Positions 11,755 through 25,776 are shown, counted from the stretch's first letter. The stretch: 64,000 nt of DNA from Eledone cirrhosa (GCA_964016885.1 OZ024741.1:275156001-275220000), one strand, 5' to 3'. Notes: a model not told the origin generated them from the sequence alone. Made by a program: numbers and translations.

Positions 11755-12169
11755 CACTTATATCAGTGGCGGTTGTAGTACTGATTGTAGAGAAGACTCA
11801 GAGATAGTATAGCTATATAGAGGTGACATGTTACAATAGAGTGGAAGTTTGTTTGTCAGACATAGCGCGTACAGGCTATATAGAGAGGACATGATATTAT
11901 AGAGGACATATAGAGAGGACATGATATTATAGAGTTTTGTCTGTCAAACACATGACTCCTATTTAATGTAGTCTAGAATGTTTTAAAGTCTCCCATGTGT
12001 TACTGTACCCCACATGTGGCGGCGGTAAACCTGTGTTGGGTACACTTCAACTATGAAAAGGAAATCAACTGTACCAGGGCTGTAAGAAGTACATATAAAC
12101 ACACACGGACAGACGCATTACATACGTCTGTGTAGATGCATACACCCACACACACACATATATATATAT

Positions 12170-12216
12170 ATTCCTGATGATTTCTAATGAATGAAACAGT
12201 TCTAGTCCTGTAGAAT
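12170..12216 (+). ncRNA. Family-A type I hammerhead motif
   Basis: ATTC-CTGATGA-TTTC-TAAT-GAAT-GAAA-CAG-TTCTAGTC-CTG-TA-GAAT. Confidence 0.8.
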
Positions 12217-12230
12217 CTCATCTATATTAA

Positions 12231-12264
<34 letters not shown>

Positions 12265-12278
12265 ACCTATATATATAT

Positions 12279-12374
<96 letters not shown>

Positions 12375-12478
12375 ACCTATATATATATATATACCTATCT
12401 ATCTATCTCTCTCTCTCTCTATATATATATATAGGTATATATATATATATAGGTATATATATATATATAGGTATATAT

Positions 12479-12513
<35 letters not shown>

Positions 12514-12674
12514 AATATATATATATAGATATAGATTTATATATATATAGGTATATATATATATATATATATAGGTATATATATAGATATATAGATATAT
12601 ATAGATATATAGGTATATATATATATAGGTATATATATATATAGGTATATATATATAGAGAGAGATATATATAT

Positions 12675-12729
<55 letters not shown>

Positions 12730-13125
12730 ATACATATATATACATTATATACACATATATATATATACATATATATACATATGTATATATACACACACAT
12801 ACAAACACTTGTACAATTTCATAGATCTCTGGTTGCTTGCTGTAAACATACATATATAGGTATGTATATCATTTAGTTGATATGTTACACACATACATTC
12901 TCAGCGTGTATGTATGTATATATGTGTGTGTGAGAGAGTGTATATACTGGCACACTGCTATTTTATACACATCTCCAATTAATTACATATGTATGTTTCA
13001 ATGTAGACATAACTAGACAGATGTACGCCTGTAGCGTTTGTATATATTACACACTCCCTCTCTCTCTCTCTCTCTCTCTCGCACTCTTTCTCCCTTTGGC
13101 TCTGAGATATGTGTGTGTATATATA

Positions 13126-13192
<67 letters not shown>

Positions 13193-13224
13193 CATCTACA
13201 TTTTATCACGTCTCTGTCTCCCTT

Positions 13225-13274
<50 letters not shown>

Positions 13275-13277
<3 letters not shown>

Positions 13278-13373
13278 GGTGTCCCAAAAATGTATACACA
13301 CTTTGATTACCTGTACAGGCAATATTTATTAGAATGCTATTGAAGTGTGTATACATGTTTGGGGGACACCCTG
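13275..13373. mobile_element. Tc1/mariner-type mini-MITE
   Basis: TIR CAGGGTGTCCC...TGTATACACACTT, TA flanks; copies at 15275, 36354, 45833. Confidence 0.85.
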
Positions 13374-13378
13374 TATAT

Positions 13379-13700
13379 AGCTGGAACTAGCTGTTGAAAC
13401 GACAAGAACTCAGCCGTCGGGCTCCGACTCTTTATAATATAATTGTTTCTACTTTTGGCACAAGGCCAGCAATTACCCCAGTACATTACTGGTACTTTAT
13501 TTTATCGACCCCCGTAAGTATGAAAGGCAAAGTTAACCTCGGCGGGATATGAACTCAGAATGGCAAGGGCCGTAACTCTATGCGTCAAAGCATTTCGTCC
13601 GACCCTCTACCGATGCTGCCAATGGTACTGTATTACCTACCCCAAGTATCGAGTACTCTGGTGAGTAATGGTCTAAACAGTTTCAAACTGATTCCATCCT
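13379..13700 (+). mobile_element. Family-B element interrupted by a family-1 SINE (13441-13622, minus)
   Basis: GAAACGACAAGAACTCAGCCGTCGGG before and GTATCGAGTACTCTGGTGAGTAATGGTC after the SINE. Confidence 0.7.
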
Positions 13701-13710
13701 GACACACACA

Positions 13711-13860
<150 letters not shown>

Positions 13861-13876
13861 TATATATATATATATA

Positions 13877-13959
13877 TAGGAAAATAGTCAGGATCCCGAC
13901 GGATGAGCTCTGACCGTTTCGACAGCTTGATCCGAACGCATCTTACCACATCTTCTTTG

Positions 13960-13960
<1 letters not shown>
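13877..13960 (-). mobile_element. Family-B element, rearranged
   Basis: Minus: GCTGTCGAAACGGTCAGAGCTCATCCGTCGGGATCC; between two (TA)n tracts. Confidence 0.7.
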
Positions 13961-14010
<50 letters not shown>

Positions 14011-14015
<5 letters not shown>

Positions 14016-14200
14016 GGAGCTTCTACAGGACTAGTACTGTTTCATTCAGATGAAATCTTCATCTGCTTCCTGAAGATTTCATCTGAATGAAACAGTACTA
14101 GTCCTGTAGAAGCTCCTTCTATAAAATAAAAAAATTTTACTCTGCCATGTATTGAGTACCTTACTTACTGTGGTTATCCCCGACTCAACCCGGGACCTAC
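14011..14200. mobile_element. Family-A divergent inverted-repeat element in (TA)n
   Basis: Perfect arms 14011-14061/14071-14121; right arm extends with a tail homologous to the reverse complement of 49872-49950. Confidence 0.85.
14065..14113 (+). ncRNA. Family-A type I hammerhead motif
   Basis: GCTTC-CTGAAGA-TTTC-ATCT-GAAT-GAAA-CAG-TACTAGTC-CTG-TA-GAAGC; 5-bp stem I, GUA cleavage triplet. Confidence 0.85.
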
Positions 14201-14264
<64 letters not shown>

Positions 14265-14265
<1 letters not shown>

Positions 14266-14454
14266 AATGGAAGTACAGCATATTCGAAGCTCGAGCCGCA
14301 GCTAAGCCGACGAATGCATTCAGCAGTGCAGCCAAGCACTCGACAAGGTATAAAACCTACAGTAATAACATACAGTTTAAAGGGCTTTGCAAATTGAAGA
14401 TAGCGACCGGTAATTCAGCCGCGGGGACCGTAGCAACGAATGAACTGACTCGTG

Positions 14455-14546
<92 letters not shown>

Positions 14547-14695
14547 ATTATAAAGAACGAGGAATCGGTGTTGCATCATGTCACATTTATTAACATAGTA
14601 CATATGTTTCTCCGTCGATCAGCTCGAGGCAAGATCTGTTACAGATCGAACCCGACTCTGCATTCGAAGAATTTTCGGACGCATTTACCTGCAAG

Positions 14696-14737
<42 letters not shown>

Positions 14738-14776
14738 CTCGCCATACACACATGCTATAGGCAGAATATGGTGAGT
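14265..14776 (+). promoter_or_regulatory. Candidate promoter/first exon of host gene
   Basis: CpG-rich unique sequence, TATAAAA at 14349, donor ATG|GTGAGT at 14770/14771 with the ATG in frame with exon 22863. Confidence 0.4.
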
Positions 14777-15191
14777 TGAGATTTTTCGTTCATCTGAGTC
14801 TATCCAAAAATTAGTAGAAGAAAACGCCCTCTAGAATTGCTTAAAATGTAAAGAGATAGTAATCCGTAAGGGAGATAACTCAAAAGAGGATCAATTGATC
14901 CAAATTTTTTTGATAATGTACACAATACAGATTGGTGTGGACTTCTTCTGGTTTCCTCTACACCCCCCCCCCTTCCCCTCACACCAACCCTTTCTACACT
15001 ACATAGCAAGCCCTATATGAGACGGGTTTTGCCGGGGCCCTTGAATATTTTATCTCTGCCATCTCCCCACCACCCCACACATCTAATTAAAACCAACTCT
15101 AATAAGAGTTTTATCCCTCAAACAACCTAGGAATCTGAAAGTAATCTAGTGCAGCTTTACAAAGTTTCTCCCAGGTCCTGCTACCCCCCCC

Positions 15192-15274
<83 letters not shown>

Positions 15275-15277
<3 letters not shown>

Positions 15278-15372
15278 GGTGTCCCAAAAATGTATACACA
15301 CTTGGATTACCTGTACAGGTAATATTTATTAGAATGCTATTGAAGTATGTATACATTTTTGGGGACAGCCTA
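15275..15372. mobile_element. Tc1/mariner-type mini-MITE
   Basis: Near-identical to 13275-13373. Confidence 0.85.
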
Positions 15373-15459
15373 TATATATATATATATATTCGCACATAAT
15401 ATTTACTGGCACCAGTACACACCACCACCATCACTACCACCTCACCATTACACACCACC

Positions 15460-16282
15460 CCAACTACCCCTCACCACCACAACCAGTAAAGTTGCCTCTA
15501 TCAGCGCTACTACACCATCACTACACATCACTACCATTACACCACCACTGTACCACACCACCACCACCGCCACTACAACCAGTCAACTTGCCTCTATCAG
15601 CGCCACTACACACTACACCACAACCACACCACACCACCACCGCCACTACAACCAGTAAACTTGCCTCTATCAGCGCCACTACACCACACCACTACACACT
15701 ACACCACCACTACACCACACCACCACCGCCACTACAACCAGTAAACTTGCCTCTATCAGCGCCACTACACCACCACTACACCACACCACCACCGCCACTA
15801 CAACCAGTAAACTTGCCTCTATCAGCGCCACTACACCACCACTACACCACACCACCACCGCCACTACAACCAGTAAACTTGCCTCTATCAGCGCCACTAC
15901 ACCACCACTAGACCACACCACCACCACCACTACACCACACCACCACCGCCACTACAACCAGTAAACTTGCCTCTATCAGCGCCACTACACCACCACTACA
16001 CCACACCACCACCGCCACTACAACCAGTAAACTTGCCTCTATCAGCGCCACTACACCACCACTACACCACACCACCACCGCCACTACAACCAGTAAACTT
16101 GCCTCTATCAGCGCCACTACACCACACCACTACACACTACACCACCACTACACCACACCACCACCGCCACTACAACCAGTACACTTGCCTCTATCAGCGC
16201 CACTACACCACACCACTACACACTACACCACCACTACACCACACCACCACCGCCACTACAACCAGTCAACTTGCCTATCAGC
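15460..16282. repeat. About 66-bp CAC-rich minisatellite
   Basis: ACTACAACCAGTAAACTTGCCTCTATCAGCGCC plus (CAC/TAC)n recurs at 15731, 15797, 15863... Confidence 0.95.
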
Positions 16283-16507
16283 AGAAACAGTCCATAAAAA
16301 CCTCTTCATGATTAGATAATGGATTTTCTCCTCTCCCTGCTACCCTTCTTCACCACCCCTCCTACTACTACCGATGTATGGAAGCCCCTATCTGACAACA
16401 TCTACTGTGTTCTATCTTGTATACACTTCCATACATTCTACCTGTACTTGCTTACATTGCTGGAGACATATTTATATGTTATGTACATGTATACGTGTGT
16501 GCGTATG

Positions 16508-16620
<113 letters not shown>

Positions 16621-16925
16621 ATACATACACATACATATACACTACACATACATACACACACGCATATACAGCTACATAGGTAGTTACATAGAGGTACATA
16701 CACAAATACATGTACATACGTACTCACATATATACACATAGATACATACACGTACATACACAAGCAGACACATACATAAACACGGACACATACATACATA
16801 CAGGTGTATCTACGTAGATGTGTATATATGTAAATATATATATATAGCCGGACTTTCATTAATAATAAACATAAATAAATATATACATACACAGGTGTGT
16901 ATGTGTGAGTTTCTATCCATATACG

Positions 16926-16970
<45 letters not shown>

Positions 16971-17219
16971 CTGTCTATATACTATATGTATATGTGTGTT
17001 TCTATTACACAGGTGTGTGTGTCTGTACACGTATATGTATTCGCGAGTGTGTATGTGTGTCTATATATATATATATATACATGTGTGTGTGTGTGCATAT
17101 CTCTCTCTCTCTATATATATATATATATACACATATATATATATATATATGTATGTGTGTATACATTGAGCAATATCTTATGAAAATGTTTATTAAAATT
17201 TTTGCTATTTTACTAGTTG

Positions 17220-18070
17220 CTGTTGTTGGAGGTGGTGGTGGTGGTGGTGGTATTGGTGGTGGTGGTGGTATTGGTGCTGGATGTAGTAGTAGTGGTGGTA
17301 TTTTGTGATGGTGGTGGTGGTGGTGGTGGTGGTATTGGTGCTGGATGTAGTAGTAGTGGTGGTATTTTGTGATGGTGGTGGTTTTGGTGGTGGTGGTGGT
17401 GGTGGTGGTAGTGGTGCTGGTGGCAATGGTGCTGGATGTAGTACTAGTGGTGGTGGTGTTGGATGTAGTAGTGGTGGTGTTGGAGGTGGTGGTGGTGGTG
17501 GTGGTGGTGGTGGTGGTAGTGTTATTGGTGCTGGTGGCGATGGTGCTGGATGTAGTACTAGTGGTGGTGGTGTTGGATGTAGTAGTGGTGGTGTTGGAGG
17601 TGGTGGTGGTGGTAGTGTTATTGGTGCTGGATGTAGTAGTAGTGGTGGTATTGGTGATGGTGGTGGTTTTGGTGGTGGTGGTGGTAGTATTATTGGTGCT
17701 GGTGGCGATGGTGCTGGATGTAGTAGTAGTGGTGGTGGTGTTGGAGGTGGTGGTGGTAGTGTTACTGGTGCTGGTGGCGATGGTGCTGGATGTAGTAGTA
17801 GTGGTGGCGTTGGATGTAGTAGTAGTGGTGATGGTGGTAGAGGTGGGGGGGGGATATAGTGGTGGTGGTGGTGTTGTTGGATGTGGCGGTGACAGTAAGT
17901 GGTTGTGGTTGTGGTAGTGGTGGGTGGTATTAGTGGTGGTAGTGTTGTTGTTATTGGTGGTAGTAATGGTGGTGATGTTGGAGATCCTAATGGTGTAATT
18001 GGTGATGGTGGTGGTGATGATGCTTGAGGTGCTGGTGGTGGGGTTGATGGTAATCATAGTGATGATGTTA
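17220..18070. repeat. Compound (GGT/AGT) triplet repeat
   Basis: Direct inspection. Confidence 0.95.
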
Positions 18071-18448
18071 ATGTTGGTTTGTCATGTCGTGGTGGAGCGG
18101 GGGGGGGGGGGAAGAAGTTTAATCAAGAATCCTTGGAGTGAGTTGGGTGTATGTTGGGGGGAGGGGTGAAACAGCTTCCTCCACCCTAGCTGAAGTAGAA
18201 GGGGGTGGGGCAGTATTTGTGTTAGTATAATGAAGATTAGATTTACCAGGCAAATATTGGATTGCTGGCTGAAGGGGGTGAGGGAGGGAAGCAGTGCGGC
18301 AGTATAACCTGTAGTGTGTAGTGTATATATACATACATACATATTATATATACATACATACACATACATATACATATATACACATATACATATACACAAA
18401 CATATATATATATATATGCATATATACATACATATATATATATATAAG

Positions 18449-18492
<44 letters not shown>

Positions 18493-18514
18493 CACAAGTA
18501 TATATACACCAGTG

Positions 18515-18599
<85 letters not shown>

Positions 18600-18622
18600 A
18601 TACAGAGAGAGAGAGAGACACA

Positions 18623-18760
<138 letters not shown>

Positions 18761-19414
18761 CAAGCATGTGTGTGTCAATATTCTAGAACTCGAATAAATA
18801 TTGTAAAAAAGGGGGAAAAAAGTTTTCATCAAACACAATGTTTTGTAAAGGAGAGAAGACAACCTGGGGTGTGGTGTGGTGTGGTGTTTGAAAGGGACAT
18901 ATGTGTGGGTGTTAGAGTGTGTATGTGTGGGTGTTAGTGTGTGTATGTATGGGTGTTAGTGTGTGTATGTGTGTGTGTGTTAGTGTTAGTGTATGTATGT
19001 GTGTATGTTAGTGTGTGTCAGTGTGTGCTTATGTTAATGTGTGTGTGAGTGTTAGTGTGTGTTGGGTGTTAATGTGTGAGTGTTAGTGTATGTATATGTG
19101 TTAATGTGTGTATGTTAGTGTGTGTGTGTGTTAATCTTAGTGTATGTATGTGTGATGTCTTACATCCTTGTTTCTATGGCAACACAGGTAGAAGAAAATG
19201 TTTGCCACAAATTTCAACATTTGCATATTGTTGAAATCAAATAAATAGTTTATACAAGTGAAGTGGAGTTGCTGGAACCTGTTTAGCTTAGACAGGTAAT
19301 GAGGGTTATCTCCCTTATCAAACCTGAGTCAGGAGGGATCTTGTGATAAGGCTCACAGGGATCATATCAACCTTGTCTCCTATCTAGGTGACAATCCAGC
19401 CAATGGTTTATTAA

Positions 19415-19635
19415 CCCTTTAGCATATAAACCGGCCATATCCGGCCAGAAATCTCTTACCTCTTTCTGTTAAAACTGGCTATATCCGGCCGCTCCTACTT
19501 ATGTTAAGGTATTGTTCTCAAAATAAATAATATCAAAATCTCATAGATTCGATATTATGTGAGATAATTATGTATGGTAAAGCCTTTACTGTGAAAATAT
19601 GATAGTAAATATAGAATAATGTAAATGCTAAAAGG
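19415..19635. mobile_element. piggyBac-like MITE
   Basis: TTAA|CCCTTTAGCAT...ATGCTAAAAGG|TTAA; lies between two copies of a ~100-bp direct repeat (19315-19414, 19645-19757). Confidence 0.75.
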
Positions 19636-19879
19636 TTAAATTCCTTATCAAGCTGGGTGTTGGGGGAGGGATCTTGTGATAAGGCTCACGGGGATCATAT
19701 CAACCAGGCAGGACCTTGTCTCCTAATCAGGTCTCAATCTAGCCAATGGTTTATTAACTCCCTCTTGTGACTACATTTCTAATGAAGTATTCCGTGTATG
19801 TCAGCAATTTTAAAGGATTTGCTGTTGTTACTACTATGATCTGGTCCAAGACTTAGGTGGGGGGTTGATGCTTGAACTA

Positions 19880-20095
19880 GGTACCACGTTGTGTCCTTCA
19901 ACAAAACCCTTCATTTCACATTGCTCTGCTATACTCCATTGAAAAGGAATTCAAGCACCAACTGGAAGGGAGGGGGTTTAACCCTACGATGGACTGGCAT
20001 TCTGTCCAGGGTGTTGGCTTGTATTTTCAATCACTTGATGCCAATGAAACTGGGATATGCTCTGACCTGATGATCCTCTAGGGTTGCAACAGACT
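19880..20095 (+). mobile_element. SINE family 2-like fragment
   Basis: TTGTGTCCTTCAACAAAACCCTTCATTTCAC...GATGGACTGGCATTCTGTCCAGGG homologous to 63760-63885. Confidence 0.7.
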
Positions 20096-20302
20096 AACTT
20101 TTTTTTAATGATCATATATACTCGTGTATATGCCACACTTTTTGTGAAAATATGATGTAAAAAACCAGCATGTGTCTTATTTAGTGGACTTACAAACATA
20201 TATAGTAAATGTTATATGTAATATAGGTGTGACTTATCTACTGGACCTACAAAACTTTAATTGAAATTATTTGGCACATTGTAAATGTGTTTGTAAGCAC
20301 AC

Positions 20303-21570
20303 CTACATGTAAACACACCAACATGTAAACCAACCAACATGTAAACACACCAACATGTAAACACACCAACATGTAAACACACCAACATGTAAACCGACCA
20401 ACATGTAAACACACCAACATGTAAACCGACCAACATGTAAACACACCAACATGTAAACCAACCAACATGTAAACACACCAACATGTAAACTGACCAACAT
20501 GTAAACACACCAACATGTAAACTGACCAACATGTAAACTGACCAACATGTAAACACATCAACATGTAAACACACCAACATGTAACCACACCAAAATGTAA
20601 ACACACCAACATGTAAACACACCAACATGTAAACACACCAAAATGTAAACGCACCAACATGTAAACACATCAACATGTAAACACACCAACATGTAAACAC
20701 ACCAACATGTAAACCGACCAACATGTAAACATCAACTTGTAAACCGACCAACATGTAAACTGACAAACATGTAAACCGACCAACATGTAAACACACCAAC
20801 ATGTAAACACACCAACATGTAAACCGACCAACATGTAAACCGACCAACATGTAAACACACCCACATGTAAACCGACCAACATGTAAACTGACTAACATGT
20901 AAACACACCAACATGTAAACACACCATGTAAACTGACCAACATGTAAACACCAACATGTAAACCAACCAACATGTAAACCGATCAACATGTAAACTGACC
21001 AACATGTAAACTGACCAACATGTAAACCGACCAACATGTAAACACACCAACATGTAAACACACCAACATGTAAACTGACCAACATGTAAACACACCAACA
21101 TGTAAACCGACCAACATGTAAACTGACCAACATGTAAACCGACCAACATGTAAACTGACCAACATGTAAACTGACCAACATGTAAACACACCAACATGTC
21201 AACTGACCAACATGTAAACCGACCGACATGTAAACCAACCAACATGTAAACACATCAACATGTAAACTGACCAACATGCAAACTGACCAACATGTAAACA
21301 CACCAACATGTAAACTGACCAACATGTAAACACACCAACATGTAAACACACCAACATGTAAACACACCAACATGTAAACACACCAACATGTAAACACATC
21401 AACATGTAAACACACCAACATGTAAACCGACCAACATGTAAACCGACCAACATGTAAACATACCAACACACCAACTTGTAAACTGACCAACATGTAAACC
21501 GACCAACATGTAAACATACCCACATGTAAACCGACCAACATGTAAACACATCAACATGAAAACCGACCAA
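20303..21570. repeat. 16-bp minisatellite, about 79 copies
   Basis: ACATGTAAAC + ACAC/CGAC/TGAC/CAAC + CA. Confidence 0.98.
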
Positions 21571-21639
21571 CAAACCCACAAACAAGCTGCTGATGACCAA
21601 TATGATTTATAAACTTGATTGTAATGAATTAAGTTTTAA

Positions 21640-21763
21640 CCTTTTATTATTTAAACTGGCCATATCCAGCCAGAATTCTCTCACCTTTTTCTGTTCCAAC
21701 CAACTGTAACTGACTGCCCAGTGTATTACTGGTACTTTATAGAATAATGTAAATGTTAAAGGG
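21640..21763. mobile_element. piggyBac-like MITE, internally deleted
   Basis: TTAA|CCTTTTA...ATGTTAAAGGG|TTAA; similar to 19415-19635. Confidence 0.65.
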
Positions 21764-21869
21764 TTAAACTTTACATCATCAACTGTTACATAGGCCATAC
21801 AAATATGACACCTTTCTACTCACCATACATTTACATCAAGGATCAATTATAATGTAGTACACCATATAC

Positions 21870-22146
21870 TGTGACATTCCGTTGGTTACGACGACATTAT
21901 TCCTGTTGATATGATCAACAGAACAGCCTGCTCATGAAATTAACATGTAAGTGGTTCAGCATGACACAAAATGTGACAAGGCTGACCCTTCGAATTACAG
22001 GTACAACTCATTTTCACCAACTAAGTGGACTGGAGCAGCACAAAATAAAGTGTCTTGCTCAAGAACACAACGCGACACCAGGAATCAAACTCACAACCTT
22101 ACAATTGTGAGCCAAATACCTTAATCACAAAGCCACGTGCCTTCAC
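21870..22146 (-). mobile_element. SINE family 2 (tRNA head + CORE-like domain)
   Basis: Minus: GAAGGCACGTGGCTTTGTGATTAAGG...GAGTTTGATTCC...GTGTTCTTGAGCAAGACACTTT. Confidence 0.8.
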
Positions 22147-22487
22147 TATGTAGTACACCACACAACACAAGACTAGATAGAAAAACATTAGCAGACAACA
22201 TATCCATACTCTACAAAATTACCCACAGACTTTTTTTGTTTGTTTTTTAATGACAAACTTAAACTTTAATACATACATTTATACTTGTGAATCGTGATGG
22301 AAAAAAGTGACAGCTGCGTGCAGGGAATCAAACCATGTATCAGTTGTATACTGGACAACTGAATTCACCACTGACAGCTTTTTCATTCATTGTTATATTT
22401 AAATGTCTAAATGGACAAACTATAATTTATGTCTACTTTCTATGTTAGCATGGGTTGGACAAGTTGCCATGTTCTTAATCTACCAAT

Positions 22488-22660
22488 GGGTCTCCTGCCG
22501 GTTGGTTTTACCCATAAAATTGTCCAGCGATTCTTTCCTGAGACATTCTAACCATAGTATCAGAGCTGTGATCTCTCAATTCGTAGAAGTAGTAGCTCTA
22601 CCTGGAGTGAGTCTTTGATCCCTGAACCTCGCTTTCTATCAACTAACGTTACTCCAAATG
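22488..22660 (-). mobile_element. RTE LINE fragment
   Basis: Homologous to 750-930 and 44415-44590. Confidence 0.8.
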
Positions 22661-22862
22661 CTCAACATGTAAACATTTGTAAAAATTATAAAATGAAAAA
22701 ATAAAACTTTGTATTCAGACATGTATTGTACAAGTTACTACAATGACTATATGGTCATTTGTTTAAAAAATATAGGCTTTTGAAATCAGATGATTCTTTT
22801 TGATACACCCTGTATATACAGATCAATAGCTATAATTCAAATATTTTTTTTCTCTCTTTCAG

Positions 22863-22959
22863 ATTACTACATTGACCAGAATGGATCTTCAGAAAAAGAT
22901 ATTCTGGATTCCATATATACTACAGTGGTGCCATTTACTGACACTTTGCCTTGCTAAAG
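22863..22959 (+). CDS. Host-gene exon encoding a signal-peptide-like N-terminus (product unknown)
   Basis: Acceptor TTTTTTTTCTCTCTTTCAG|, donor AAG|GTAAGT; frame ITTLTR-MDLQKKIFWIPYILQWCHLLTLCLAK (ATG 22881), phase-1 end. Confidence 0.7.
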
Positions 22960-23544
22960 GTAAGTTGATTACTTTCTTTCTCACCTTTAAGCAGATAGGG
23001 AACTACCCATAGCTATTTAAAGCTCTGTTAGAAAGTGGAAGGTGTTATTTTAGAGTGAGATTCATGTTTATGACTAGTTGAAGGTCAAGATAATGTAAGA
23101 ATCTACCCTTTAGGTACAGAAAGTGTGCACTAACTACCCCAGAATAAAAACTATAAACAATTATTAACACATAACATCTTGTAATGATTTAGCAGAAAAT
23201 GTCTAAAAAAAGGTTTGTTAATTCAAATGTTTATAGCATCTTTACCAGTAGGCAGAGTTAACCTATAACATCCTGTAATGATTTAGTTGAAAAGATGCTT
23301 TTGTTTATTCAAATGTTTATTTTACTAGTGTACAGGGTTAATTCTTAACATCCTGTAATGATTTAGCAGGAAATATCTAAAAAGAAAAATGCTTTTGTTA
23401 ATTCAAATGTTTATAGTATCTTTACTAATGGACAGATTGTTGTAAAAATTTGATTTGTAATGTGTTGAAGTCATTGTTTTTGTTGTTTTTGTACGTTTAA
23501 AGAATGTCTTGCTAATGTGGTTTCATGCAGTACAGGACATTAAT

Positions 23545-25465
23545 TGTTATATATAATTCTTTATGTTATATATAATTCTTTACGTTGTATATATAATTCT
23601 TTACATTATATATATAATTCTTTATGTTATATATAATTCTTTACGTTATATATATAATTCTTTACGTTATATATAATTCTTTACATTATATATATAATTC
23701 TTTACGTTATATATAATTCTTTACGTTATATATATAATTCTTTACGTTATATATAATTCTTTACATTATATATAATTCTTTACGTTGTATATATAATTCT
23801 TTACGTTGTATATATAATTCTTTACATTATATATATAATTCTTTACGTTATATATAATTCTTTACATTATATATAATTCTTTACGTTGTATATAATTCTT
23901 TACGTTGTATATATAATTCTTTACATTATATATATAATTCTTTACGTTATATATAATTCTTTACATTGTATATATAATTCTTTACGTTATATATAATTCT
24001 TTATGTTATATATAATTCTTTACGTTATATATAATTCTTTACGTTATATATAATTCTTTACGTTATATATAATTCTTTACGTTATATATAATTCTTTACG
24101 TTATATATAATTCTTTACGTTATATATAATTCTTTACGTTATACATAATTCTTTACGTTGTATATATAATTCTTTACATTATATATATAATTCTTTACGT
24201 TATATATAATTCTTTACGTTATATATAATTCTTTACGTTATATATAATTCTTTACGTTGTATATATAATTCTTTACATTATATATATAATTCTTTACGTT
24301 ATATATAATTCTTTGTTATATATAATTCTTTACGTTATATATAATTCTTTACGTTGTATATATAATTCTTTACATTATATATATAATTCTTTACATTGTA
24401 TATATAATTCTTTACATTATATATATAATTCTTTACGTTGTATATATAATTCTTTATGTTATATATAATTCTTTATATTATATATAATTCTTTGTTATAT
24501 ATAATTCTTTACATTATATATATAATTCTTTACGTTATATATAATTCTTTACGTTGTATATATAATTTTTTACGTTATATATAATTCTTTACGTTGTATA
24601 TATAATTCTTTACATTATATATATAATTCTTTACGTTATATATAATTCTTTGTTATATATAATTCTTTACGTTATATATAATTCTTTACGTTGTATATAT
24701 AATTCTTTACATTATATATATAATTCTTTACATTGTATATATAATTCTTTACATTATATATATAATTCTTTACGTTGTATATATAATTCTTTATGTTATA
24801 TATAATTCTTTATATTATATATAATTCTTTGTTATATATAATTCTTTACATTATATATATAATTCTTTACGTTATATATAATTCTTTACGTTGTATATAT
24901 AATTCTTTACGTTATATATAATTCTTTACATTGTATATATAATTCTTTACATTATATATATAATTCTTTACGTTATATATAATTCTTTACATTATATATA
25001 TAATTCTTTACATTATATATAATTCTTTACATTATATATATAATTCTTTACATTGTATATATAATTCTTTACATTATATATATAATTCTTTACATTATAT
25101 ATATAATTCTTTACGTTGTATATATAATTCTTTACATTGTATATATAATTCTTTACGTTCTATATAATTCTGTGAAGGCGTATGGCTTAGTGATTAGAGC
25201 ATTGGGCTTGCAATCGAAAGGCTGTGAGTTCAATTCTCGGACTGGGTGATGTGTTGTTTGTAGAAATGAGTTGATAGGACTGGGGTTCCTATCATTAAAT
25301 CACCCAAGACACCTCCAACGAGATATACCTTGGAGGAGGCCAGTTAAACCTGCATAGGTGTGAGCTGTAACAACAACAACAACAATATAATTCTTTACAT
25401 TATATATAATTCTTTACATTATATATAATTCTTTACGTTATATATAATTCTTTACATTATATATA
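23545..25465. repeat. 19/21-bp AT-rich minisatellite, about 80 copies, interrupted at 25172-25385
   Basis: Unit TATATAATTCTTTACGTTA with (TA) length and ACG/ACA variants. Confidence 0.98.
25172..25385 (+). mobile_element. SINE with tRNA-like head and (CAA)n tail inserted in the minisatellite
   Basis: GAAGGCGTATGGCTTAGTGATTAGAGC...GAGTTCAATTCTC head; AACAACAACAAC tail; satellite resumes afterwards. Confidence 0.7.
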
Positions 25466-25741
25466 TTTCTATTACCAATTTCCGGCCGTTTTGAAGGCCA
25501 TATTCATGGAAAACATATAAAAAAAAAAAACAATAGGAAATACGAATTTCATGTTGAAAGTGAAACAGGTGTGTAATATTCACCTGTGAAGCGAAAATAT
25601 TTTAACATCTCATTTATGGAGAATTTTGAAGCTAGCAAAATATTGACATTAAATGTAATCTAAATCCCCCTCTCCATATTTTACTATTTTTGTCACGTAT
25701 TTCTCAGCTTATATATGAGTATATATGGTATATATATATAA

Positions 25742-25776
<35 letters not shown>

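Noticed and set aside
20067-20095. CTGATGA-TCCT-CT-AGGG inside a SINE tail
   Set aside because: No GAAA or UH site downstream
23545-25170. TTACGTTA/TTACATTA as D-box (PAR-bZIP) array
   Set aside because: One mismatch from TTAYGTAA in very AT-rich repeat; chance is likely
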